A stretch of DNA of 28,287 bases from Christensenella sp. UBA6406. Its GTDB lineage: Bacteria > Bacillota > Clostridia > Christensenellales > UBA1242. The stretch lies in the NCBI GenBank assembly GCA_002438625.1, contig DJPS01000043.1:1-28287 (forward strand), given 5' to 3'. How positions within the stretch are numbered: the stretch's first letter is position 1; each line of letters starts with the position of its first letter. The translations under genes were made by a program, and so were the position numbers. The notes under the pieces were generated by a model. It had not been told where the DNA came from. It saw only the letters and a program-made list of their open reading frames with translations, and ran no database searches. Below are positions 1 to 8,976 of this stretch, piece by piece.

Positions 1-1
1 A

Positions 2-757
2 GCAAGTGGTGCGGTAGATAGTGCTGGCATAAATGTAAGTATTCCAGCAAGTGAAACCGCAACAGAAGATACGGCAAATTCAGTGGCAAGCATAACAATG
101 TGGGCAAGTGCATTCCCTGAGCCTGTACCTGAGCCAGAAACAGGTTCATTGGAAGGCATTTTAAAAATTGGTGTATTAGATGAAGCACAGAAAACTGCAA
201 TTATTGGTGGGGATACAAATTGCCCAAATGAATATGTAATACCATCATATGTAAAGAAGGGAACAGAAAAAGATAGTCAAGGTCGTCTTATTTGGTATTC
301 ATCAGCTGACAACTATAAAGGGCACGAAAGTGATAGTGATATCTATAAGGTAACAAAGATTACGGGAGGTCTTAGGAGGAATGGTTCAGAGTATTATGAA
401 GACGATGTCTCAGAGATAGCGTTTCCTGAAGCATTAACATCAATTGTAATTCCAAAAACTGTAACGAGTATAGACTGGGGTGCATTTGATGGATGTAGTA
501 GCCTAACAAGTGTAATAATACCAGAAGGAGTAACAAGTATAGGTCTTCACGCATTTAGAGGTTGTAGCAATCTAACGAGTATAACTATACCAGCAAGTGT
601 AACAAGTATAGGAATTCTTGCATTTTATTATTGTGGTCTAAAAATTATTAATTATGGTGGTACAAAGATTCAGTGGGAAAGTTTAATGAGTAGTACTAGT
701 AGTTGCATTCCTAGTGGAGTACAAGTTATTTGTAGTGATGGAACAATAACAATATAA
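2..757 (+). CDS. C-terminal part of a BspA-type leucine-rich-repeat surface protein (5' end lies outside the window)
   Basis: The frame is open from base 2, with no stop upstream of the GTG at 83 used by the ORF track, so the gene enters from the left edge. It has consecutive ~23-aa units of the form IP..VTSI...AF.GC..LTS (IPKTVTSIDWGAFDGCSSLTSV / IPEGVTSIGLHAFRGCSNLTSI / IPASVTSIGILAFYYC), typical of BspA-like LRRs. The TAA stop is followed by a hairpin terminator. Confidence 0.75.
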   Translation, partial: ASGAVDSAGINVSIPASETATEDTANSVASITMWASAFPEPVPEPETGSLEGILKIGVLDEAQKTAIIGGDTNCPNEYVIPSYVKKGTEKDSQGRLIWYSSADNYKGHESDSDIYKVTKITGGLRRNGSEYYEDDVSEIAFPEALTSIVIPKTVTSIDWGAFDGCSSLTSVIIPEGVTSIGLHAFRGCSNLTSITIPASVTSIGILAFYYCGLKIINYGGTKIQWESLMSSTSSCIPSGVQVICSDGTITI

Positions 758-781
758 GCTAAAAACAAAAGAAATAAGAAG

Positions 782-818
782 CATTGAAACTTTTAAAAAG
801 TGGTTTCAATGTTTTTTT
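782..818 (+). terminator. Rho-independent terminator downstream of the LRR gene
   Basis: A 9-bp perfect stem (cattgaaac 782-790 pairs with gtttcaatg 803-811), a 12-nt loop, then T7 at 812-818. Confidence 0.8.
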
Positions 819-825
819 GTTGTGG

Positions 826-1250
826 GAAATGTGGAGTGGGATTAAAAGTGCGGTTGACTGTAAAAGAAATAAAAATGTAAATCTGCTTTATTGTTTTTGT
901 TAGGCTAAAGGCTTGTTATGGGCGGAAATGGGTGTTGAGCGAAAGTGTGCGGAGCGAACGGTTTGCGGGAGCGGTTGGGGTTGGGTTTGTTTGGGCGTGT
1001 GTGTGGGTGTTGTGGGATGTGGGGAGCGGAAGGAGTTCGCACGGCTTTGCATCTGTCGCAAGGGCGAGCGGGTTTGGGTAGCGTGGGGGTATGTAAGTGT
1101 TGTGGCGGTTAAGTGATTGATTTGGGGGTTATGGAGATTAGGGGCAGAGATTGAGATTGGGCGAAAATGTCTGGGGTTAGCGGTGCGTTTGTGAATGTGA
1201 TTGCTAAGTCTATGGTGAGTGATTTTAGTGCATAGAAAATGTTGGGGCTG
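826..1250. repeat. GC-rich, G/T-skewed island 1, an inverted diverged copy of the island at 19435-20128
   Basis: Hand count over 941-1100 gives 78 G, 18 C, 43 T and 21 A (60% GC, 76% G+T) in an otherwise AT-rich window. Four colinear sequence anchors are shared with 19632-19842 on the opposite strand (see findings). ORFs here appear in several frames only because stop codons are rare in this composition. Confidence 0.7.
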
Positions 1251-1765
1251 TAAATATCATTATTAATTAATATTGCAACTTTTCCTAATCGGGTTTGATA
1301 GGTTGAAAGATTAAATTTTTTTTCAATGTCGCCTTCTTCATAAATATCAGTTAATGTGCCATTTGAGATTATTGCAACTGCACCATTTGTTGTTGATTGA
1401 ATTGTCTGTTGTACTTTTTGCTTCTTTATTAGTGGAACCATTGTTTCATCTGTTTGTGATTGACTTTCTTGTGTGTTTTGTTTTGGATTTAATGTGGGTT
1501 GCAAAATGTGAATAGCGTTATTTTCATAAAAAGTTTTAGTATTCATTTCATTTAAGTTTTTATTTGGTTCTGTGTTATTGTAGCATAATGTGAAATATGA
1601 AAAAATTAAGCAATTCAAATTTGTGGAAAGGCTGGTAAGGTAAGAGATTAAGTTGCTATCAAATATTGTTTCCGCTTGTTCTTTTGTGTCTTTTAAGTAG
1701 CAAAATATTATATCACTTTGTTTATATTCTATATCTTTCAAATTATTAACATATTGAATTAGCAT
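1109..1765 (-). CDS. Hypothetical protein; the 3' end runs into GC-rich island 1 and may be truncated
   Basis: A 218-aa ORF with AT-rich codon usage like its neighbours. The segment VAIISNGTL...YQTRLGKVAILINNDIYSPNIFYALKSLTIDLAITFTN loosely resembles the region around the catalytic Cys of carbon-nitrogen hydrolases (G-x-[IV]-G-x-x-IC-Y-D-x-x-F-P), but Cys is replaced by Asn. The last ~45 codons (about 1109-1250) lie in island sequence of a quite different composition. Confidence 0.4.
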   Translation of the reverse strand: MLIQYVNNLKDIEYKQSDIIFCYLKDTKEQAETIFDSNLISYLTSLSTNLNCLIFSYFTLCYNNTEPNKNLNEMNTKTFYENNAIHILQPTLNPKQNTQESQSQTDETMVPLIKKQKVQQTIQSTTNGAVAIISNGTLTDIYEEGDIEKKFNLSTYQTRLGKVAILINNDIYSPNIFYALKSLTIDLAITFTNAPLTPDIFAQSQSLPLISITPKSIT

Positions 1766-2155
1766 TTAACCTACCTTTAATATTTTTAATTTTGTGTAAA
1801 TTTTGTAGCAATAGTTAGAATTTATGCAATGACACTTTTTGCTAATTTTTGTTGGTTCAGTTGAAAATTTTATTTTGCCGATTTATTTAAATATTATATG
1901 AATCATTTTATTTTGTTGTTAAATGGTTTTGTTGATAAAGAAAAATTGCAATAAAAAATAATAAATAAAAATACTGCTTTATTGAATTAAAATTTAAATT
2001 TGCTTACTTAAATGCAAAAAGATAATTAAATATATTGAAAAGTTTTCATTTTTTGTGTATAATAGGATTAATAAAGCTAAACTAAAATATATAAAGTGCA
2101 TTTTTTCATTTTATTATTTTGAATGATTTATCATTAAAGGGAGTTGCGTGCGTAA

Positions 2156-3091
2156 GTGAAGATTGGAAGCATAGAGTTTAAAACGGGAATATTTTTAGCA
2201 CCTATGGCATCTGTAACCGATGTAGGGTTCAGAAGTGTTTGCACGGATTTTGGTGCGGAACTAACATATAGTGAAATGGTGAGTGCGAAAGGGCTTTATT
2301 ATAGCAGTGAGAAAACGCAAGAACTTTTAGCCTTTGAAGATAATTGCAAAGCAAAGGCAGTTCAAATATTTGGCAACGACCCTGCAATTATGGCGGAAAT
2401 AGTTAAGGGGTTTGGGACAAAATATGATATAATTGATATCAATATGGGTTGCCCTGCACCTAAGGTTTTTAAAAATGGCGATGGTTGTGCATTAATGGGC
2501 AACATTGAACTTGCAAGAGAAATTATTTCCGCTTGTGTTAAAGTTTCGCAAGTGCCTATTACGGTTAAGTTTCGTAGTGGAATAGATGAAAATCATATAA
2601 ATGCCATTGAATTTGCTAAAATGTGCGAAAGTGCAGGGGCAAGTGCGATAACTTTGCATCCACGCACACGGGAGCAGTTTTATAGTGGTAAGGCTGATTA
2701 TGAATTGTTAAGGCGGGTTGTGCAAAGCGTGAACATTCCAGTTATAGGCAGTGGGGATGTGGTTGATATGCAGTCTTATATGCGGATGAAAGAAACGGGC
2801 GTAAGTGCGGTTATGATTGGTCGTGGTGCACTTGGAAACCCTGAGATTTTTAGCATTTTAAGCGGACAAAATGTGCCATATTCTAAATTTGATGCAGTAA
2901 AAAAACATATAGAGATTTTAAGAAAGTATTATAGTGATGATTATTTAACAAAATATTTACGCAAGCACTTTTTATGGTATGTAAGTGGCATTGATAATGT
3001 TAAGCAAATAAAGGCAAAACTTGCACTTTGCGATGATTTAAATGTGGCGTTGCAATTAATTAAAGATGCATTTAATCAAAGCGGATTGTAA
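2156..3091 (+). CDS. dus: tRNA-dihydrouridine synthase (Dus family, DusB-like)
   Basis: It has LAPMASVTD near the N-terminus, the catalytic-Cys motif DINMGCPAPKV, ITVKFRSG, ITLHPRTR and GSGDV...MIGRGALGNP, which together form the Dus TIM-barrel signature. A GTG start follows AAAGGGAG. Confidence 0.9.
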   Translation: MKIGSIEFKTGIFLAPMASVTDVGFRSVCTDFGAELTYSEMVSAKGLYYSSEKTQELLAFEDNCKAKAVQIFGNDPAIMAEIVKGFGTKYDIIDINMGCPAPKVFKNGDGCALMGNIELAREIISACVKVSQVPITVKFRSGIDENHINAIEFAKMCESAGASAITLHPRTREQFYSGKADYELLRRVVQSVNIPVIGSGDVVDMQSYMRMKETGVSAVMIGRGALGNPEIFSILSGQNVPYSKFDAVKKHIEILRKYYSDDYLTKYLRKHFLWYVSGIDNVKQIKAKLALCDDLNVALQLIKDAFNQSGL

Positions 3092-3200
3092 TTAATGTGG
3101 AGATAATTTAATCAATATAAAATTTATTTAAATATATAAATCAATTTTTAAAAGGCTAAAATTTTATTTTAAGGAAAGCAAAAGGAGGAATGAAACAATT

Positions 3201-4655
3201 ATGTCTTGGATAGCACTTGGAATAGTTTTATTTGTCAACTTAGTTTGTATTGGAACAATGATTTTCCTAGAAAGAAAAAATCCAAACTCTGTTTTAAGTT
3301 GGTCGCTTGTTATGACTTTTCTTCCTATGATTGGTTTCTTTATGTATTGCCTTTTGGGCAACAGTCTATCTATCAAAACGACTAAAATGATAAGGGAAAA
3401 GAGCATAAGAAGTAGAGAGTTTAAAGAACTTGTTGTAAATCAAAAACTTGGACTTGATGCAGGTGAATTGCCACTAAATGAAGTTGAGTTTACGCATAAG
3501 CAGTTAATAAGGCAAAATTTGCTAATGTCGCAATGTGCTTTAAGTCAAAACAATATAATTGATGTATTTTCAAAAGGTAAAGTTTTTATAGATAAATTGC
3601 TTGAAGATATCCAAAGTGCAAAAAAATCAATAAATATTTCATATTATATTTTTGCAACTGATAAAGTGGGAATGAAAGTGCTTGAAGCCTTGATAAGCAA
3701 AGCAAATGAAGGTGTTGAAGTTAATTTGCTTATAGATGCGGTTGGAAGCTTGAAGAGCAATAGAAAACACTTTAAAAGGCTTGTTAAAGCGGGTGGGAGA
3801 GTTGCAGAGTTTTTCCCACCACTTATGGGGTTTAGGCTTTTCAATTTAAAACTTAATTATAGAAACCATAGAAAGATTGTTGTTATAGATAACCAAATTG
3901 GCTACACGGGTGGCATAAACATAAGGGATGACCATATGGGAGGTGTGCAAAGGTTATCACCTTGGACTGATATGCAAATAAGAATAAGGGGAGATGCCGT
4001 TTTAGATTTGCAAAAGTTGTTTTTGGGCGATTTCCGCTATGCTTATAAGGGTAAAGATTTAGATGATGCAAATTTAATAAGATTTTTTGAAAAACCTGAA
4101 ATAGTTGGTGAAAGTGGCGTGCAAGTTGTTTATAGTGGCCCAGATGAAGAAGAGCAACAAATAAAGAAAAGTATGATTAAAATGATTATGTCCGCAAAGA
4201 AGTCAGTTGTGCTTGAAACGCCATATTTTGTGCCAGATGAATCTTTTACGGAAGCAATTAAAATTGCAAGTGCTTCAGGGGTTGATGTGAAGATAATCAC
4301 ACCGCAACTGCCCGATAAAAGAGTTGTTTATTATACATCGCTATCTTATTTGCGAGATATGGTTAATTGCGATGTTAAGGTTTATCAAAGGGAAGGTTTT
4401 TTACACTCTAAATGCTTGCTTGTGGATGATGAAATTTGCTTGATAGGCACTTGTAATGCGGACATACGGTCTTTTAAACTTAATTTTGAAGATGCGTGCA
4501 TAGTTTACGATAAAAAGTTTGCAGAGAATATTGCAAGAATTTGTGCTTATGATTTATCTTATAGTCAGCAAATTGATATGGTCTGGTTTAAAAAGTTGCC
4601 AATTAGGGTTAAAATGGGAAAATCATTTTTTAGATTATTCAGTGCAATTTTATAA
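3201..4655 (+). CDS. cls: Cardiolipin synthase (phospholipase D superfamily)
   Basis: Two N-terminal TM helices and two HKD motifs (NHRKIVVIDNQIGYTGGINI and LHSKCLLVDDEICLIGTCNAD). The 484-aa length is typical of Firmicute Cls. AGGAGG lies upstream. Confidence 0.9.
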   Translation: MSWIALGIVLFVNLVCIGTMIFLERKNPNSVLSWSLVMTFLPMIGFFMYCLLGNSLSIKTTKMIREKSIRSREFKELVVNQKLGLDAGELPLNEVEFTHKQLIRQNLLMSQCALSQNNIIDVFSKGKVFIDKLLEDIQSAKKSINISYYIFATDKVGMKVLEALISKANEGVEVNLLIDAVGSLKSNRKHFKRLVKAGGRVAEFFPPLMGFRLFNLKLNYRNHRKIVVIDNQIGYTGGINIRDDHMGGVQRLSPWTDMQIRIRGDAVLDLQKLFLGDFRYAYKGKDLDDANLIRFFEKPEIVGESGVQVVYSGPDEEEQQIKKSMIKMIMSAKKSVVLETPYFVPDESFTEAIKIASASGVDVKIITPQLPDKRVVYYTSLSYLRDMVNCDVKVYQREGFLHSKCLLVDDEICLIGTCNADIRSFKLNFEDACIVYDKKFAENIARICAYDLSYSQQIDMVWFKKLPIRVKMGKSFFRLFSAIL

Positions 4656-4820
4656 TTTGAAATTTGCTTTTAAAGTTTTAATAAAGTTGATTTATGTTAA
4701 TTTATGTTGATATAGAATAAATTATTTATTGCATTACTGTTGAAATTTATCATTATAGTTTTTAAGCAAAATTATGGCAAAAGTTGAAAAAAAGGGAAAA
4801 ATAAAAGGATAAAAAATAAT

Positions 4821-5525
4821 ATGAGAATTTATGCAATAGCCGATTTACATTTAAGTTTATGTGGGCAAAAACCTATGGAAGTGTTTGGTGCAAATTGGGA
4901 TAATTATTTAGAAATAATAAAATCCGATTGGAATGAAAAGGTGGCGGATGATGATTTGGTTTTAATTGCAGGCGACATAAGCTGGGCAATGAAAATGGAG
5001 GAGTTTGACCTTGACTTAAAATTCTTTGAAGGTTTAAAGGGGAAAATAGTCTTTACAAGGGGCAACCACGATTATTGGTGGGATAGCATTTCAAAGGTGC
5101 GAAGTCATTTAAAACCAAATATGTACGCTATTCAAAATGATTGCTTGCGTTTTGAAAATGTGCTAATTTGTGGCACAAGGGGGTGGGTTATCCCTGAAAT
5201 GAACCAACCGCAAAGTGAAGAAGATGCAAAGATATATAATAGGGAAATTGAACGCACAACACTTTCTCTTAAAACTATGCAAAAGATGAGAAAGGATGGC
5301 GATAAGGTTATTTTTATGATTCATTATCCGCCTTTTAATTCAACAAGAAATCAAAATGAGTTTTTGGACTTGTTTGAAGAATATGGCGTTGATGTTGTTA
5401 TTTATGGGCATTTACACGGAAAGAATGTTAAGGCAAAATTACAAGAACATAGAAACGGAATAGATTTTTATTTAACATCAACTGACCAAATCAATCACCA
5501 TATGGTAGAGATAGATTTAAATTAA
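4821..5525 (+). CDS. Metallophosphoesterase (calcineurin-like phosphoesterase family)
   Basis: It has the ordered metal-ligand motifs of the family: IADLHL, GDISWA, RGNHDYWW, IHYPP and GHLHG. Confidence 0.8.
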   Translation: MRIYAIADLHLSLCGQKPMEVFGANWDNYLEIIKSDWNEKVADDDLVLIAGDISWAMKMEEFDLDLKFFEGLKGKIVFTRGNHDYWWDSISKVRSHLKPNMYAIQNDCLRFENVLICGTRGWVIPEMNQPQSEEDAKIYNREIERTTLSLKTMQKMRKDGDKVIFMIHYPPFNSTRNQNEFLDLFEEYGVDVVIYGHLHGKNVKAKLQEHRNGIDFYLTSTDQINHHMVEIDLN

Positions 5526-5604
5526 TAGATTGATAAAATTTAATATTTGAATTTAAATATATGAAAAACAAATTTAGATAAATGTAAATTAATTATACGC
5601 AAAG

Positions 5605-5634
5605 AAAAGTCCAAATTGAATTGGACTTTTTTTG
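5605..5634. terminator. Bidirectional hairpin terminator
   Basis: The stem agtccaa (5608-5614) pairs with ttggact (5621-5627). An A-run sits upstream and T7 downstream, so it can act on both convergent transcripts. Confidence 0.7.
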
Positions 5635-5689
5635 TTATTTATGCATTGGTTAAAGTGTCTTGATTTAATTATTAAGATTATAAAGTGTT

Positions 5690-5878
5690 TTAAATAAAGG
5701 TTGTTATGGTTTGCGTGTTATTGTTGCGGTTGCAACAGCAGTTGCCATTGTTGTTTGTGTTTGCCATTAATGCTAAAAGCAAGATTAGCAAAATAATTGT
5801 GTTGTTGGCAAGGTCAATGTTTGTTGCTTGTGCAAGGACTGCAAGACCAATGATTAAAAGTATTTCCCAATTATTCAT
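5690..5878 (-). CDS. Putative small membrane peptide with an Asn/Cys-rich tail (CCC motif)
   Basis: A 62-aa ORF with a hydrophobic stretch (WEILLIIGLAVLAQA...IILLILLLALMA) followed by NTNNNGNCCCNRNNN. AAGGAG lies about 12 nt upstream of the ATG. It is divergent from the ArsR-family gene and followed by the 5605-5634 hairpin. The overlapping + strand ORF (5706-5900) has no RBS. Confidence 0.35.
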   Translation of the reverse strand: MNNWEILLIIGLAVLAQATNIDLANNTIILLILLLALMANTNNNGNCCCNRNNNTQTITTFI

Positions 5879-6039
5879 TTTACAATTTTACTCCTTTTAA
5901 GACAAAAATATTGCTCATTAATTGACTATGCGACAAAATTCGTAATTGTTACAACTTTTTTTGTATGGCATAATTTAATTGATAAAAGAAATATTGCAAA
6001 ATGAAGAAAATTTATAAGAAGTTAAAGGAGAAAATAAAA

Positions 6040-6384
6040 ATGTATAATGAATGTTTAGCAGTAGATGAAAAGAAGCAAAATGATATTTTAAGTTACTTGC
6101 CAAGTCAAGAAGTTTTGGAGTTGCTTGCAGATTATTTTCAAGCATATAGCGACCCAACAAGAATAAAAATTTTGTCTGCACTTTCTATGAGTGAACTTTG
6201 TGTTAATGATATCAGCACACTTTTAAATATAAATCAAACAACGGTAAGTCATCAACTTAAACTTTTAAAAAATTTAAATGTGGTTAAGTTTAAAAGAGAT
6301 GGTAAAGTTATTTATTATTCTCTTGCGAATCATAATGTTAATGATATAATGTTAAATGGAGTAAATCATATTTTAAAATTTTAA
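6040..6384 (+). CDS. ArsR/SmtB-family metalloregulatory transcription factor
   Basis: A winged helix-turn-helix signature: DPTRIKILSAL...ELCVNDISTLLNINQTTVSHQLKLLKNLNVVKFKRDGKVIYYSL. I prefer the ATG at 6040 (AGGAG 10 nt upstream) over the ORF-track start at 6001, which has no RBS. Confidence 0.85.
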   Translation: MYNECLAVDEKKQNDILSYLPSQEVLELLADYFQAYSDPTRIKILSALSMSELCVNDISTLLNINQTTVSHQLKLLKNLNVVKFKRDGKVIYYSLANHNVNDIMLNGVNHILKF

Positions 6385-6502
6385 ATGTATATCTACATAT
6401 TTCAAATTGTAAAGTTTGTCAAATTTAATTAACAAGATAATTTATTCATTTAAAAGCAAAAATAACATTGCAAAGGTTTTAAATAGACCAAAACATAAGA
6501 AC

Positions 6503-6541
6503 AAAAAACCGCTATTTTATGGATTTCTAGCGGTTCTTTTT
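6503..6541. terminator. Bidirectional hairpin terminator between the ArsR gene and mnmG
   Basis: An 8-bp stem (aaccgcta 6507-6514 pairs with tagcggtt 6528-6535), flanked by an A-run upstream and a T-run downstream. Confidence 0.75.
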
Positions 6542-6626
6542 GCTTATATTTAATTATTTTTATCAATAATTGAAATTGATTTATTTAAATAATAAATTTT
6601 AATTTATTGCAACTTAAATTATTTAT

Positions 6627-8462
6627 CTATCTAAAATAACACAATAATATTGCAATGTCAGCAGGACTAACCCCACTTATTCTGCTTGCTTGTCCAATGC
6701 TAAGTGGCTTTATGTCATTAAGTTTTTGCCTTGCTTCTAGGCGTAGACCTTGAATAGAGTTATAGTCAAAATCTTGTGGAAGTTTTTTGTTTTCTTTATC
6801 CTGTGCTTCCTTTATTTGTAGTTGTTCTTTGGCAATATAACCTTCATATTTTAACTCTATGCTTAAATAATTTAAAACATCTTTTGAAATGCCTTCAAAT
6901 ACGCCTAAATGTTCTTGACAGTCGCTGGCATCAATATTGTTACGCTTTATAATTTGTGCTAAACTTATGCCACTTTTAGGCAAGTTTTCGTCTTTTAATT
7001 TAAATAATTCCTCAACTTTGGCGGGGCTGAAATTTTGGTTTAATTCGGCTTTTGCCTTTTCTAATTCGCTTAATTTATTTTCAAATATTTCTTGCCTTTC
7101 TTTGCTTGCTAGTCCACACTTAATGCCGTATGGGGTTAATCTTATATCTGCATTATCTTGCCTTAAATGTAATCTATATTCCGCACGGCTTGTCATCATT
7201 CTATATGGTTCGTTTGTGCCTTTTGTAACAAGGTCATCCACAAGCACGCCTATATAACTTGAATCTCTTGACAAAATCAATGGCTCTTTTCCTAGTGCTT
7301 TTAAGCCTGCATTTATGCCTGCAACAATGCCTTGTGCACCTGCTTCTTCATATCCACTGCTTCCGTTAATTTGCCCTGCAAAATAAAGTCCCTCAACGAG
7401 TTTTGATTCTAGGGTAGGTTTTAATTGAGTGCTATCAATGCAATCGTATTCTATAGCATAAGCATCTCTTAATATTTCACAATTTTCCATTCCTATAAGG
7501 CTATGATACATTTTATCTTGTACATCAATAGGCATTGAAGTGCTCATTCCTTGCACATAAAATTCCTTTGTTTCAAGTGATTCAGGTTCAAGGAAAATTT
7601 GGTGCCTATCTTTATCTGCAAATCGCACAATCTTAGATTCTATGGATGGGCAATAACGGGGGCCAATGCCCTTAATCTCACCACTGAACATTGGGCATCT
7701 ATCTAAATTTGCTTTAATTATATCGTGCGTTTTTGTTGTTGTGTAAGTTAAATAACATTTTGCAACATTTTTAGGTTTTTCTTTGGTTAAGAAACTAAAA
7801 CTTTGAATGTTGTCATCACCATTTTGTTCTTCCATTTTACTAAAATCTAGGCTATCTTTGTGCACTCTTGCGGGGGTGCCTGTTTTGAAACGCCTAATCT
7901 TAAAGCCTAAGTTTAGCAGGCTTTGGGTTAAATATGTTGCGTTTGCAAATCCGTTTGGACCAACTTCTTTTGTGTAAGGACCTATAATTATTTTGCTATT
8001 TAGATAAACGCCTGTGCAGACAACAATGCAATCCGCTTCATATGTTGCCCCTTGTGCAGTTTTTACGCCTATGACTTTGCCGTTTTCAACCAATATTCCG
8101 CTTGCTTCCGCTTGCTTAATGTGTAGGTTGTGGGTTGTTTCTAAGGTAAGTTTCATTGCGTTATGATATTTAACTTTATCCGCTTGAGCACGTAAACTTT
8201 GCACTGCTGGACCTTTTCCCATATTTAGCATTCTAAGTTGTATAAGTGTCTTATCTGCATTTACGCCCATTTCTCCACCAAGTGCATCTATCTCACATAC
8301 CAAATGCCCCTTTGCCGTTCCACCGATTGATGGGTTGCACGCCAAAAAAGCAATGCTATCTAAATTAAGTGTTAAAATTGTTGTTTCTATTCCCATTCTT
8401 GCTAATGCTAAACCCGCTTCACAACCTGCGTGTCCGCTTCCTATCACTATTGCCTTTTTCAT
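6627..8462 (-). CDS. mnmG: tRNA uridine 5-carboxymethylaminomethyl modification enzyme MnmG (GidA)
   Basis: 611 aa, with the N-terminal FAD-binding motif VIGSGHAGCEA, internal FAGQINGSSGYEEA, and a C-terminus GQASRISGVSPADI typical of MnmG. Confidence 0.95.
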   Translation of the reverse strand: MKKAIVIGSGHAGCEAGLALARMGIETTILTLNLDSIAFLACNPSIGGTAKGHLVCEIDALGGEMGVNADKTLIQLRMLNMGKGPAVQSLRAQADKVKYHNAMKLTLETTHNLHIKQAEASGILVENGKVIGVKTAQGATYEADCIVVCTGVYLNSKIIIGPYTKEVGPNGFANATYLTQSLLNLGFKIRRFKTGTPARVHKDSLDFSKMEEQNGDDNIQSFSFLTKEKPKNVAKCYLTYTTTKTHDIIKANLDRCPMFSGEIKGIGPRYCPSIESKIVRFADKDRHQIFLEPESLETKEFYVQGMSTSMPIDVQDKMYHSLIGMENCEILRDAYAIEYDCIDSTQLKPTLESKLVEGLYFAGQINGSSGYEEAGAQGIVAGINAGLKALGKEPLILSRDSSYIGVLVDDLVTKGTNEPYRMMTSRAEYRLHLRQDNADIRLTPYGIKCGLASKERQEIFENKLSELEKAKAELNQNFSPAKVEELFKLKDENLPKSGISLAQIIKRNNIDASDCQEHLGVFEGISKDVLNYLSIELKYEGYIAKEQLQIKEAQDKENKKLPQDFDYNSIQGLRLEARQKLNDIKPLSIGQASRISGVSPADIAILLCYFR

Positions 8463-8976
8463 TATATTGTCAAAATCTCCTTTATTATTTTATTATATAT
8501 CTTTTTATCTAAATAAGCAATAATTTTTTGCATTTTTAATTTTTTTATAAAATAAGATTGAATTGAAATCCTTATTTTGTGCATTTTTTTACTTAGAAAA
8601 AGAGTAAAATCAATTAAAAAGGGATAAAAATTAAAAATTTTTAAAAAATCTTTGCATTTTATTTTACAAATTGACCAAAATATAATATAATGTAATATGA
8701 ATAGACAATTATAGACATTATTTGCCGAATTTAGCACTTTTGGCAAGTGTTTGCAAAAATAATTGTTTAGATATTTATTTAGTTACAAATCAAACAACAA
8801 TGGTAACAATGTAATAGCAAAAAAAAACTTGGACTAAAAACATTTTAATCTTTATTACTATTGATATTATTCAATTTAATGATTAATTTAGCACAATGTT
8901 TTTGGCGGAAAGTGAATAAGGACAACCATTTCTTTAACTAGCATAAGTATGCAAATATGAAAGGGGAGGATTAGCT

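Noticed and set aside
913-1116. A 67-aa ORF (+) inside GC-rich island 1.
   Set aside because: The product is a Gly/Val/Cys/Trp-rich low-complexity translation of a G/T-skewed sequence. It has no RBS, and ORFs are open in several frames simply because stop codons are rare in this composition.
8462-8746. A 94-aa ORF (-) upstream of mnmG.
   Set aside because: It lies in an extremely AT-rich promoter region. The product is an Ile/Lys/Phe-rich low-complexity sequence, there is no RBS, and it would have to overlap the mnmG start.
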